Assembly (NCBI GenBank): GCA_021731295.1
Contig: JAKFXQ010000001.1
Location: 1,636-65,635, forward strand
Direction: 5' to 3'
DNA from: Patescibacteria group bacterium
GTDB taxonomy: Bacteria; Patescibacteriota; Minisyncoccia; Phycocordibacterales; UBA2100
Length of the DNA stretch: 64,000 bases
Shown: piece after piece, positions 35,636 through 44,771 of the stretch
Numbering within the stretch: position 1 is the first letter of the stretch
Layout: each line of letters starts with the position of its first letter
Notes under the pieces: generated by a model
What the model was told of the DNA's origin: nothing
What the model saw: the letters and a program-made list of their open reading frames with translations, nothing else
The model's database searches: none
Position numbers and translations under genes: made by a program

Positions 35636-36085
35636 ATGAAATATCTCGTTATTCTCGTCATCGCCGCCGCTGTAGGCGCCTATTATTTCCTCCCCGTGTC
35701 GCAGACACCAGTAGCAGAGGACCATATGATGGATACACCGACTCCTGTCGCACCGGCGCCTGTCGTCGAAACGCCTCCTGCACCATCTGAAGGCACTATG
35801 GTCGGCTCCGTTCGTGAATTCGCAGTCACGAATTCCGGCTTCATCTTTAGTCCTAAGGACATCGTCGTGAAGAAGGGCGACACCGTAAAGATTACCTACA
35901 CGAACGGCGGCGGTACGCACGATATGCGCATCGAAGGATATGACGTCGGCACCGAGGTTATTACGGCGGGACAATCGGAGACGTTTGAGTTTGTCGCTGA
36001 TGAGGCAGGCACCTTCGAATTCTACTGTTCAGTAGGCCAACACCGTGCAAACGGCATGGTCGGCACCTTCACGGTTACGGAATAG
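35636..36085 (+). CDS. Cupredoxin (type 1 copper) domain protein
   Basis: VKKGDTVKITYTN..GTHD and FYCSVGQHRANGMVG supply H/C/H/M ligands; N-terminal TM. Confidence 0.9.
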   Translation: MKYLVILVIAAAVGAYYFLPVSQTPVAEDHMMDTPTPVAPAPVVETPPAPSEGTMVGSVREFAVTNSGFIFSPKDIVVKKGDTVKITYTNGGGTHDMRIEGYDVGTEVITAGQSETFEFVADEAGTFEFYCSVGQHRANGMVGTFTVTE

Positions 36086-36089
36086 GTTC

Positions 36090-36554
36090 CTACTTCTCGA
36101 ATAGTGCCAACTGACTTCGTAGCAGTCGCGCAATTGTCGCGCTGTGTTCCTGCGCCTTGATCGGCACGACCTGCCCATCCTTCCCGGTGAGCGCGTGTGC
36201 GTGAGTCTTCACGAACTGCGTGAACAATTTTGAAAGTTCCTGTGCGTGGTAGATGAGTGCGTCGAATGATGCCGCGGCAGCAGCTGTGTCGCGTGGAACA
36301 TACCCTGCTGCGTGCTCCGCTTTCACCCACTCCGCCTGGAACAGCACGTCACGTCGAAGATTGAGGAGTGCTGTGTTGCCATGGTCGTGCTCACACGTTG
36401 CTTCAATAAGCCTCACAAAATCGTCGCAAAACATATGCAGTTGCGTGCGGCGTGTATGCAGCATTTCCTGCGCCGCCTTCAACTGCTCCGCCTGCGCGGC
36501 AGTATCGTCTCCCTGAGGCATCTTCCTGTCTGGAAATCGTAGTATCTCTGCCAT
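36090..36554 (-). CDS. Hypothetical protein
   Basis: 154 aa helical ORF packed tightly against the upstream genes. Confidence 0.65.
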   Translation of the reverse strand: MAEILRFPDRKMPQGDDTAAQAEQLKAAQEMLHTRRTQLHMFCDDFVRLIEATCEHDHGNTALLNLRRDVLFQAEWVKAEHAAGYVPRDTAAAAASFDALIYHAQELSKLFTQFVKTHAHALTGKDGQVVPIKAQEHSATIARLLRSQLALFEK

Positions 36555-36555
36555 G

Positions 36556-36816
36556 TCAGCGATTCGCCACTATCCACGCAATAATGTCGCCAAACACGGT
36601 GTCGCCGAAGAACTGTAGTCCGAGCGTCACGATGAAGGCCGTAACTACGGTAGAGCCGACGATAAAGCCAACGCCGTAAATGATGCCGTTTCTGAACGTG
36701 TGCCAGAGCGACATCTGCTTCTTAAGTTGGTTACTCAACGTACCGAGGCCACGGATAATGCCGTGCTGGACTTCCTGTTCCATCTCTTGCATGGGCGTAA
36801 CTGTATCACGCACCAA
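36556..36816 (-). CDS. Small membrane protein (DUF5665-like)
   Basis: FRNGIIYGVGFIVGSTVV pattern. Confidence 0.65.
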   Translation of the reverse strand: MVRDTVTPMQEMEQEVQHGIIRGLGTLSNQLKKQMSLWHTFRNGIIYGVGFIVGSTVVTAFIVTLGLQFFGDTVFGDIIAWIVANR

Positions 36817-37429
36817 AGAGGCTTCGCATGAGTGAGAACAATACCTGTAGCTGTGCGTAGAGCACTTGCAGTTGAGCAGTCTGGGTCGTCTGCACTGCCG
36901 CCTGAGATTCGGTGCCTGGCTCTATGATGACTTCAACAGATGTCTGCACCACTGCCGCTGCTTGCCCCATCGTGTTCCCTGGGCGCGCGAGGAACTGCAC
37001 GACGAAGACCGCCGACTTGCCCTTATGCATTCCCTCCGCTGTGCCGATACCAATGTCGGTGAGTCGTGCATCAAAGAGATTGGCCCGATGTCCTGGTGAC
37101 TTCAGCCATCCCTCAATGACTGCTTCTGCGTCATCGTAATTGACCGCAAGGTTTTCTGCGGCACGCGAGAACGAGTACCCTTCTTCCCTCACCCATTCCC
37201 ACGGCGAGGAACCGTCTGCGCCTTTGTGCGCAAAGACACCGGTGTTCGCCATGTCGTTTGCGCGTGCCTGCGCTGCAGCCATCAAGCGCTCATCAGGCAC
37301 AAGGAGATGCAGTCCTTCCTTCGCTCGTGCCTTGTTTGATTCTATGACGATGTCATACGGAACGATATTTGCATAGGCAAAGGACGGCAGTACAAGCAAA
37401 ACAAACACGACCGCCTTTGTGAGACGCAT
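36806..37429 (-). CDS. CAP/SCP domain secreted protein
   Basis: AAQARANDMA..GVFAH, AENLA, WLKSPGHRANL, DIGIG. Confidence 0.92.
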   Translation of the reverse strand: MRLTKAVVFVLLVLPSFAYANIVPYDIVIESNKARAKEGLHLLVPDERLMAAAQARANDMANTGVFAHKGADGSSPWEWVREEGYSFSRAAENLAVNYDDAEAVIEGWLKSPGHRANLFDARLTDIGIGTAEGMHKGKSAVFVVQFLARPGNTMGQAAAVVQTSVEVIIEPGTESQAAVQTTQTAQLQVLYAQLQVLFSLMRSLFGA

Positions 37430-37449
37430 CTAGTGAGCATAGAAGACGA

Positions 37450-37475
37450 CAGAACCCGCCTTTCGGCGGGTTCTG
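37450..37475. terminator. Terminator hairpin after the large surface protein
   Basis: CAGAACCCGCC-TTTC-GGCGGGTTCTG 11-bp stem. Confidence 0.6.
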
Positions 37476-37497
37476 GGGACAACCTGTGGATTACTTC

Positions 37498-40203
37498 TTA
37501 CGGAAGCACTGGAGCCACAAGCTCGAGGTCAGGACAGCTGAGTTTGTTCATCCAGTATTGCGTCGTCTTGAAGACGATTCCGGTCGGCGTGACGCCGTCG
37601 TGCCCGAACGGCATCCATGGGGCCAACACTTCCGTCGCATACTTGGTCTGGAAGGCTTTCACTGCCGCGATGGTCTCTGCGTCGTACTCACCGGAAACAA
37701 TGAGCGAGAGGCCGAGCTCTTTGTTCAAGAACTCTTGAACGAAGCGGACATCATCGGCGGAGTACGAACCCATGCCGACGTAGCCGGTGAGGATGGAACA
37801 CGATGCGCCCAAGACTTCACCTTCGGATTCTGTCTCGGCTGCTTCTTCGGCCGGAGCTTCTTCCTGCGGTGCAGGAGCCGGCATTTCCGGAACGTCAGCC
37901 ACTTCAGCAATGACAATCGGCTGTGGCTCGAACGGGGATGCGTCCGTGCTGCCAGAGCCTTGTCCCTTCTCGACAGTAACGATAATCGAGTCAGATGCGG
38001 AGTTACCGGAATCATCCGTCGCCGTGCAGGTAACGGTCGTGAGCCCTATCGGGAAGACCGAGCCAGAGACTGGCGAGCAGACGACATCGAGATTCGTGTC
38101 GACAATATCGCTCTCGATGGTTGAGAACGATGCCGACGCATCGTCATTCGTGGTCGAGATGTAGACCGACGAAGGATCGATAGCAATCGTCGGCGCCGTC
38201 GTATCCACGACGGTAATCGTGAGAGACGCGGCGCCAACGTTACCTGCCGCATCCTCTGCGGTGCAGGAAACGAGCGTGCTACCCAAAGCAAACGTGTTGC
38301 CGGAGAGTGCGTCGCAAACGATTGTGCTGGAGACATCGCCAGAAACCGTGTCCGTTGCGGAAACCGTGAAGGTCGCGGCGGCACCGGTTGGGCCAGTGGC
38401 CTCGATGGTCTGGTCACCTGAAGTAACGACAACTGGCGCGGTCGTATCGGCAACGGTAACGGAGAACGATGCGCTTGCCGTATTCCCTGCAGCATCCGTC
38501 ACTGAGCAGCCAACGATGGTTGTGCCCATTGGGAAGGTCGTGCCGGAGTTCGGTGTGCACGAGACAGACGAGGAAACGTCTCCATCTACGTTGTCCGATG
38601 CGGTCGGTGTCGAGTAGGTGACAACAGCGCCAGAAAGGTCAGCCGCTTCAATGTTCATGTTCGACGGAACGCCCGAGAAGACCGGAGCGTCATCGTCAGA
38701 GACGTTCACGGCGCGAATTGCAGTGACACTGGAGTTGCCTGCAGCATCGGAGGCGCCGTACGAGACGTCGTACGTGCCAGGGACTGCGGTATTCACGCTG
38801 TGCGCGACGACAACGGTAACGGAACCGTCGTTGGCATCAAGCGCCGTTGCGCCCGGGTCAGTGAAGGTGTCGCCAGTACCTAGTTCCAATGGATTATCAC
38901 CAAGAATGGTGATGACCGGTGCAGTTGTGTCGACGGTAAACGGCGTTACCGCTACGATACCAGAGTTACCTGCAACGTCGGTAAGTGTGATGGAGCAGCC
39001 TGCGTATGTACCGTCCGCAAGAAGCGCGAAGGTGAGCGTTGCGTTACCAACGCCGACGTTCGTCGTACCACTCACACACGAACCCGTGTACGAGAGCGTT
39101 CCTGCTTCAGAAGCATTCACTGTGTAGTTCGGGGTCGAGTCGTTATCGAGTGCCGGCACCGGAGTCACTTCCGTGATAACGGGAGCCGTCGTATCGATGA
39201 CGATGTTCTTGTTCGTACCAAGCGAGTTGCCGCCGCCGGTTGCTGGCAAGGTGAGCACTGCATTGTTGAGCGCTGCGTCACGAATCGTGCCGCCGTTCAA
39301 TTCAAGTGCGCTCGTCGAGACATAGTTGAGGTCAGCGGCCGTATCCCCTGCCTGCACGGTGTACGTGAAGGACAGCGTCGTAGAGTTCGAACCGGAGCTG
39401 TAGTTCGCGTTGCGATCCGTAGCGCCCGTTTCCAACACGACACGCGGCGTGCCGGATACGATGACTGTTTCGTTGAATGAGACCTGAACCGAGATGACAT
39501 CACCTGCGTTGTACGAACCATTCGCCGTTGAAGACGTGACGTTCGTTACTGCGGGAGCAGTCGTGTCGCCCGAGGTCTCAATGGAGATTCCATCTATGCG
39601 GAAGTGCTCGTCGCTCTGGCTCGCGTTATTGCGAACACGAATAAGCCAGAAGCTGTCATTGTTGAGTGCACCAGGAAGACTTATCGTCTGGAGCGAGCTC
39701 CATGGTTCCTGAGAATCACTTGAGCTACTCGAACTGTTGTCGAGCGCGTGCGAAGCGAGCGTGCTCCATCCTGAAGAATCATCGCAATCGCCACTCGAGC
39801 GATATTCTATGATACCGAAGTCATCGCTCTCACCGTGGCCATCACCGCGCCAGTAGTACTTGAGCGACATCGAGCTGTGCCCGCTCGAGTTCATGGAACG
39901 GCACATCCATTCGTCATCGCCAATCTTGGCGAAACGACCGTTGTCATTACCGTCAGCGGGACTATAGAAGTCCTCACCGGAGCCTTCTGCTGATTCGGCA
40001 CGAGTATGCGAATCATTGTCGTTGCCGGATTCTTCCCAGCCAGAGATGTCATTGTCGCTGGAACCGGTGCCGAAAGAGTCACTCAACAGAACAGCTGCCT
40101 CAGCAACCGAAAGTGAGCCCCATGGCGCGGAGACCGCGAAGAGGGAGCCGATGACATAGACGCTAATAATACGGAACGAGGTCATGCGTACGTAAGTACC
40201 CAT
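37498..40203 (-). CDS. Large surface protein: Ig-like, DUF5011 and HYR repeats with a C-terminal peptidoglycan-binding domain
   Basis: Repeated DTTAP...DAAGN modules, SGTTFPMGTT.V.C (HYR), VRFVQEFLN...T.AAVKAFQ (PG-binding). Confidence 0.85.
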   Translation of the reverse strand: MGTYVRMTSFRIISVYVIGSLFAVSAPWGSLSVAEAAVLLSDSFGTGSSDNDISGWEESGNDNDSHTRAESAEGSGEDFYSPADGNDNGRFAKIGDDEWMCRSMNSSGHSSMSLKYYWRGDGHGESDDFGIIEYRSSGDCDDSSGWSTLASHALDNSSSSSSDSQEPWSSLQTISLPGALNNDSFWLIRVRNNASQSDEHFRIDGISIETSGDTTAPAVTNVTSSTANGSYNAGDVISVQVSFNETVIVSGTPRVVLETGATDRNANYSSGSNSTTLSFTYTVQAGDTAADLNYVSTSALELNGGTIRDAALNNAVLTLPATGGGNSLGTNKNIVIDTTAPVITEVTPVPALDNDSTPNYTVNASEAGTLSYTGSCVSGTTNVGVGNATLTFALLADGTYAGCSITLTDVAGNSGIVAVTPFTVDTTAPVITILGDNPLELGTGDTFTDPGATALDANDGSVTVVVAHSVNTAVPGTYDVSYGASDAAGNSSVTAIRAVNVSDDDAPVFSGVPSNMNIEAADLSGAVVTYSTPTASDNVDGDVSSSVSCTPNSGTTFPMGTTIVGCSVTDAAGNTASASFSVTVADTTAPVVVTSGDQTIEATGPTGAAATFTVSATDTVSGDVSSTIVCDALSGNTFALGSTLVSCTAEDAAGNVGAASLTITVVDTTAPTIAIDPSSVYISTTNDDASASFSTIESDIVDTNLDVVCSPVSGSVFPIGLTTVTCTATDDSGNSASDSIIVTVEKGQGSGSTDASPFEPQPIVIAEVADVPEMPAPAPQEEAPAEEAAETESEGEVLGASCSILTGYVGMGSYSADDVRFVQEFLNKELGLSLIVSGEYDAETIAAVKAFQTKYATEVLAPWMPFGHDGVTPTGIVFKTTQYWMNKLSCPDLELVAPVLP

Positions 40204-40399
40204 AGAAAGCTAGTTTCTAAGCCGTTAATATAGAGCAATGAAAAAGGCTTCTTGTAAAGACAAGAAGCCGTTCTCCGTCGCATGGGTTATAGCACGGACC
40301 TTGCGACAACGCAAAAAAGAATGCGTTATGCAAACGAGACGCGAAATACCCCACGACAACGGGTCGGGCCGCCTTTCTCACACGGTATACTCTCGAAAC

Positions 40400-41773
40400 A
40401 TGCGTTCGAATAATTCCCCGTGGCTCTATCAGCTCGACCATGAGCGCAAACACGAGAAACTTACGCACGACATCACGACTGATGTCGCCATAGTGGGTGC
40501 AGGAATCGCTGGGATCTCGACCGCATTCGAGCTGTTAGAGAAGACAGATAAAAAAGTCACCGTCATTGAACAGTACCGTCTCGCCCACGGAGCGACGGGG
40601 CATAATGCTGGCCAACTCGTCGCACATTTCGAACGGGGACTAAAAAGCCTCGTGGAAGAGTTCGGGCTGGAACTCGCGATAGCTGCACAGCATGATATCG
40701 AGAACGCCTGGGACACACTGAAGCGCATGGTGGCCACCGCGACGGTAGATATTCCCCTTTTCATATTCACCGGAAACACCGGACTGACGAGTGAAGCTCA
40801 GGTACTGGTGCGGCTGGAGAACAATCGGCTTCGTGTCGCCGGAGGACTTGAGGCGGAGGAGTTGATAATCGACCAAACACTCCCCTTTTCCTCGCAGATA
40901 TCAGACGAATATGCGGGACTCTACGTGTTGGTCGCACCAGACGAGATACAGCGCCGACTGGAAACCGAACGCACTGATTTCGTCGGTGTCCTCTCGTATA
41001 AAAAAGGATGCATGAACAGCGCGCTGTATTGTCAGGAGATTGTCGCGTTTCTTGAGAGCCGCTACCCGGATAGGTTCACGATCTACGAGCACACGTCCGC
41101 TGACAAAATCGTCTTACGCAAAGATGATGCGCTCATTGATACTGGCGAATTCACCGTGACGGCGGGGCGCGTCATTCTGTGCACCAACGGATTCGAAAAT
41201 CTCCGTATCTTTGACGAGTCGGGACTTGATATAGATGCCAAGTACCATTACCTCGTCTCTGGTACTCGCGGATATATGTCCGGCTATTTCGAGCCGAGCG
41301 GTAAACCGCCGGCGGCCATCAGCTACTTTGTGAATCCGAGCGATGACCCACACATTCCGTATTTCTACCTCACGCGACGCCCGTACGAGTATGAAAAGGG
41401 GGAGCCGAAAAACCTCGTGTGCATTGGCGGGCCAGAGACGTCGCTCGAGGACACCACTACGTACTCTCGCGAAGAGCCCTACCCTGAAGAGTACGCGGAA
41501 GAAATCGACCGGTTTATCACGTCGACCTACGACCAAACACCAGGAAAGCGAATTGAATATGTGTTCACCTGGCACGGACTTATGGGCTACACGAAGAATG
41601 GCGTCCGCATGGTTGGTCCCGAGCCCACGAATCCGGTACTTCTCTACAACCTCGGCTGCAACGGGATAGGCATCATGCCGTCCATCTATGGGGCGACTAA
41701 GATAGCCCGCCACATCCGCGGGGAGCCCGTTGCGCCGTCCATCTTCGACATACCTCGCATCGCGAAGGATTGA
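40400..41773 (+). CDS. FAD-dependent oxidoreductase (DAO/PuuB-like)
   Basis: DVAIVGAGIAG, GATGHNAG, ILCTNG, GCNGIG; ATG 8 nt after TATACT. Confidence 0.88.
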   Translation: MRSNNSPWLYQLDHERKHEKLTHDITTDVAIVGAGIAGISTAFELLEKTDKKVTVIEQYRLAHGATGHNAGQLVAHFERGLKSLVEEFGLELAIAAQHDIENAWDTLKRMVATATVDIPLFIFTGNTGLTSEAQVLVRLENNRLRVAGGLEAEELIIDQTLPFSSQISDEYAGLYVLVAPDEIQRRLETERTDFVGVLSYKKGCMNSALYCQEIVAFLESRYPDRFTIYEHTSADKIVLRKDDALIDTGEFTVTAGRVILCTNGFENLRIFDESGLDIDAKYHYLVSGTRGYMSGYFEPSGKPPAAISYFVNPSDDPHIPYFYLTRRPYEYEKGEPKNLVCIGGPETSLEDTTTYSREEPYPEEYAEEIDRFITSTYDQTPGKRIEYVFTWHGLMGYTKNGVRMVGPEPTNPVLLYNLGCNGIGIMPSIYGATKIARHIRGEPVAPSIFDIPRIAKD

Positions 41774-41831
41774 CTCACGGACTCTCTATTGGCATTGTCC
41801 CGGTACCGCAGAGTAAAGCGGTGTTCACTCC

Positions 41832-42188
41832 GTGGAGGATGAGGTGCAGAAGATTTTTGATACGTTCCAGCCTGGTTCGCTCGTCGCGCAGCTTGCGGCA
41901 GTGCGCCATACAGACGCCACGTTGAGCAAGGTTATCAGGGAGCGCTCCGGTCACACCGGTACGCAAGCCTTGATTCTCGTGTCGCTACTCAAGGAGGACC
42001 GTGCCAGTCAGGCGCGAGTCGTCGAGTTGACCGGCATTGATCGCTCAACGGTCGCCGACGTCATCAAGAGGCTCGTGCAGGAAGGACACCTCACGCGGCA
42101 ACGGTCGCGCACTGATACGCGCGAGAAAATTGTCCGGCTGACCGAGACCGGCAGGAACGCCGCAGACAGGCTACGCACGCTCACCTAG
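41832..42188 (+). CDS. MarR family transcriptional regulator
   Basis: SQARVVELTGIDRSTVADVIKRLVQEGHLTRQRSRTDTREKIVRLTETG; promoter TTGACT-17-CATTGT at 41770-41798. Confidence 0.88.
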   Translation: MEDEVQKIFDTFQPGSLVAQLAAVRHTDATLSKVIRERSGHTGTQALILVSLLKEDRASQARVVELTGIDRSTVADVIKRLVQEGHLTRQRSRTDTREKIVRLTETGRNAADRLRTLT

Positions 42189-42202
42189 GGGGTGCGTTGC
42201 AG

Positions 42203-42238
42203 GAAGCCCCGAGCGCGCGCCCGGGGCTTCTTCTATTT
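42203..42238. terminator. Terminator between convergent marR and response regulator genes
   Basis: GAAGCCCCG/CGGGGCTTC stem plus TTCTATTT. Confidence 0.6.
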
Positions 42239-42631
42239 CAGGCTCGAGAGCACGTGCCTTACTTTCCTCACGACCTCATCCAGATTGGAGTTGCTCTTGA
42301 TGAAATAGTCTGCGGGCTTGAGTGCGGTCATGTCTTCGATTTCTTGGTCACTCTGTGGTTCGATGTTCGAAAGAAATATAACTGGCACATTCGCTCCCCA
42401 GTTGTCCCGTGCACGCAACGTGCGCAACATGTCGTAGCCGCTCTGCCCGGGCATCCGATTATCGAGCAGGATGAGCGCAGGTTGATGTGCTATCGCTTTC
42501 TTCAGTCCGTCGTCACCATCAACCGCTTCGATAACCTTGTATGTATTCTCTTCGAGCTTCTGTCGGATGAGCGCGCGCAAATCGCCTTCATCCTCGACAA
42601 CAAGAATAGTCTCGGCTCTGTCGGTATCCAT
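42233..42631 (-). CDS. Single-domain response regulator (REC)
   Basis: ILVVEDE, ILLDNRMPGQSG, PVIFLSN, DYFIK. Confidence 0.9.
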   Translation of the reverse strand: MDTDRAETILVVEDEGDLRALIRQKLEENTYKVIEAVDGDDGLKKAIAHQPALILLDNRMPGQSGYDMLRTLRARDNWGANVPVIFLSNIEPQSDQEIEDMTALKPADYFIKSNSNLDEVVRKVRHVLSSLK

Positions 42632-42632
42632 A

Positions 42633-43001
42633 TCAGGCCTGTGGCGGCATCAAGTAGTAGCCGCCCGCTTCTTCTGCGAATACATTCTTAATGTTCTTCC
42701 ACATGCTCGTATCATCCAGCGAACCAACCGCCACAAGCATCTTTGGCCCCGTTATTTGTTGTTTGAATAGCGCCGAACCACAGTGCGAGCAGAATCCGCG
42801 TCGCGCGTCCGCTGACGATTCGTACCATGTCAGTCCATCTTCTTTCGTGAAAACGACGTCCGTCTTTTCAGCGACAATCATCGGATTGTAATTTCCGTGT
42901 AAGCGCTGACACGTCTTGCAGTGACAGCTGACGACGCCCGACGGTGTTCCTGTAACGGAGAACGCCACCTGACCACATGCGCACTTTCCGGTAATTTCCA
43001 T
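42633..43001 (-). CDS. GFA/CENP-V family zinc protein (second copy)
   Basis: GKCACGQV, CHCKTCQR, RGFCSHCGS. Confidence 0.9.
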   Translation of the reverse strand: MEITGKCACGQVAFSVTGTPSGVVSCHCKTCQRLHGNYNPMIVAEKTDVVFTKEDGLTWYESSADARRGFCSHCGSALFKQQITGPKMLVAVGSLDDTSMWKNIKNVFAEEAGGYYLMPPQA

Positions 43002-43020
43002 GTGCCGAGTATACACCCTT

Positions 43021-44091
43021 CTATAGTCGCTTCGCATTCACGTCGTGCAGGGCGACGATAAACAGGCTCTCGCTCCAGCCAAGTGGTGTATTGTCGTTGT
43101 GCTTCGATGAGTTCGAGAAGAACAGTTCCGGCACTGCCCCGTTTTTCGACACCGCTTGCTTCGCGGTCTCGATGAAATATGCCGCTTTATCGTGATTTCC
43201 AAGGCGTTCGTGCACAATCGCAAGCCAGGAGAGCCCGAAGGTCCATTCGGCCTCCTCGGACCAGCCGTCCTCGTTCTTGTTGTAGTAGCGGTCTCCCTTG
43301 TAGCGGATGACGCCCCGCTTGCGCAGCAGGTGGTACTCGACGTGATTCACAATGTCCTCTGCCTGCGCGCGCGTAACAACGCCATAGGGATAGATGAGTG
43401 AGAGAAGCGAGAGGTCCACGAACTTGCGCTTCGATTCACGCGGGAGCATCGCCGCCAGCGTCGTCTCTCCTTTCACGATGAGTTCCGGATGCACCTCGAC
43501 GCCTTCTATATTGCGCGCCGCGCGCAGTCCAGCGACACAAGCTCCGACGGATGACGCGTGTAGCTCTTCATCTTCCTCCCACATGCCAGAATCCTTATCG
43601 TGCCAGTATTCGAGCGTCGAGAGATACCAGACGAGTTTTTGAATGACGCGCACATCGTCTTCGTTCAACTCCAGTACACCTTTCTTGTGACGCTCCAATT
43701 CACCGACCTTAAAGAGGATGCAGCCGATTGAGTCATTCTGCTTGTTCCCCCATTCTTCCCAGTACTCGTCGAAGGTTTGCGGGTTGTACCGCGCGTGGAT
43801 GTATTCATGTGTGTAGGTCGGCTTCTTCGATATCGCGTAATCAATCTTGTATTCGTGTTTCTTAAATATGTCGAGAACTGCACGATACGTCTTGCGCACG
43901 GTCTCATCGTCGCCCAAAACCTCAAACGCAAGACACTCGTAGAAGTTATCGCGCAACCACGCTTTATCGTATCCTGTCTCTACGTTGCGCTTGGAGGCCG
44001 CGAATAGACCGGAATCATATTGCAAACCTTCCAGTATCTTCAGATGCTGATCTATGAGGCGCTGATGCGCAGGATGTATTGCCACCTTCAC
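43021..44091 (-). CDS. GH15-family (glucoamylase / phosphorylase-kinase-like) protein
   Basis: GLFAAS, YDKAWLRD, DSGMWEE, GVIRYKGDRYY, PLGWSESL. Confidence 0.85.
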   Translation of the reverse strand: MKVAIHPAHQRLIDQHLKILEGLQYDSGLFAASKRNVETGYDKAWLRDNFYECLAFEVLGDDETVRKTYRAVLDIFKKHEYKIDYAISKKPTYTHEYIHARYNPQTFDEYWEEWGNKQNDSIGCILFKVGELERHKKGVLELNEDDVRVIQKLVWYLSTLEYWHDKDSGMWEEDEELHASSVGACVAGLRAARNIEGVEVHPELIVKGETTLAAMLPRESKRKFVDLSLLSLIYPYGVVTRAQAEDIVNHVEYHLLRKRGVIRYKGDRYYNKNEDGWSEEAEWTFGLSWLAIVHERLGNHDKAAYFIETAKQAVSKNGAVPELFFSNSSKHNDNTPLGWSESLFIVALHDVNAKRL

Positions 44092-44120
44092 ATTGTACCG
44101 TCTCGGGTATACTGCAATTC

Positions 44121-44771
44121 ATGAATCCACAACCCGCTATCACTCCCGTAGAGCACGCGAGCTTCACCCTGAAATGGGGCGACATCTCGCTCGCACTTGA
44201 TCCTGTCGGCAAGCCAGAGCGATACGGACACCCGTCGCTCATTCTTATCACCGACATCCATAGCGACCATTTCGACCCCGCGACACTCGCTGCGCTGCCT
44301 GCGGCAATCATTGCACCACAGGCAGTGATGGACGATATGCCGGAGGCTATAAAGCCGCGCACCACGGTCATGAAGAACGACGAGACCATGGACATCCATG
44401 GCTTCCGCATCAGCGCCGTTCCCATGTACAACATCCCCGGTGCCGCAAATGCCGACTTTCATCCGAAGGGACGTGGCAATGGATACATCATCGAAAAAGG
44501 CGGCGTTCGCGTGTACATCGCGGGCGATACAGCGCCTATACCCGAGATGCGCGCCTTCACCGATTTGGCGATAGCTTTCATTCCCATGAACTTACCGTAC
44601 ACGATGAGCGTGGATGAGGCCGCGGGAGCGACCATTGCACTCAAGCCACGTATCGCTATTCCGTATCACTACCGCGGCGTGAACGGACTCTCGGACGTTG
44701 CGCTCTTTAAAACCCTCGTCGAGGGCGCGAACGTCGGCGTACAGGTTGAACTCTTAAAGTGGTACGCCTAG
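44121..44771 (+). CDS. Metallo-beta-lactamase fold hydrolase
   Basis: ITDIHSDHFD, HPKGRGNGY, YIAGDT, IPYHY. Confidence 0.88.
   Translation: MNPQPAITPVEHASFTLKWGDISLALDPVGKPERYGHPSLILITDIHSDHFDPATLAALPAAIIAPQAVMDDMPEAIKPRTTVMKNDETMDIHGFRISAVPMYNIPGAANADFHPKGRGNGYIIEKGGVRVYIAGDTAPIPEMRAFTDLAIAFIPMNLPYTMSVDEAAGATIALKPRIAIPYHYRGVNGLSDVALFKTLVEGANVGVQVELLKWYA

Noticed and set aside
37498-40203. Internal repeats in the large surface protein as a diversity-generating or phase-variable locus
   Set aside because: The repeats are diverged HYR/Ig modules at protein level; no reverse transcriptase, template repeat or invertase is nearby.
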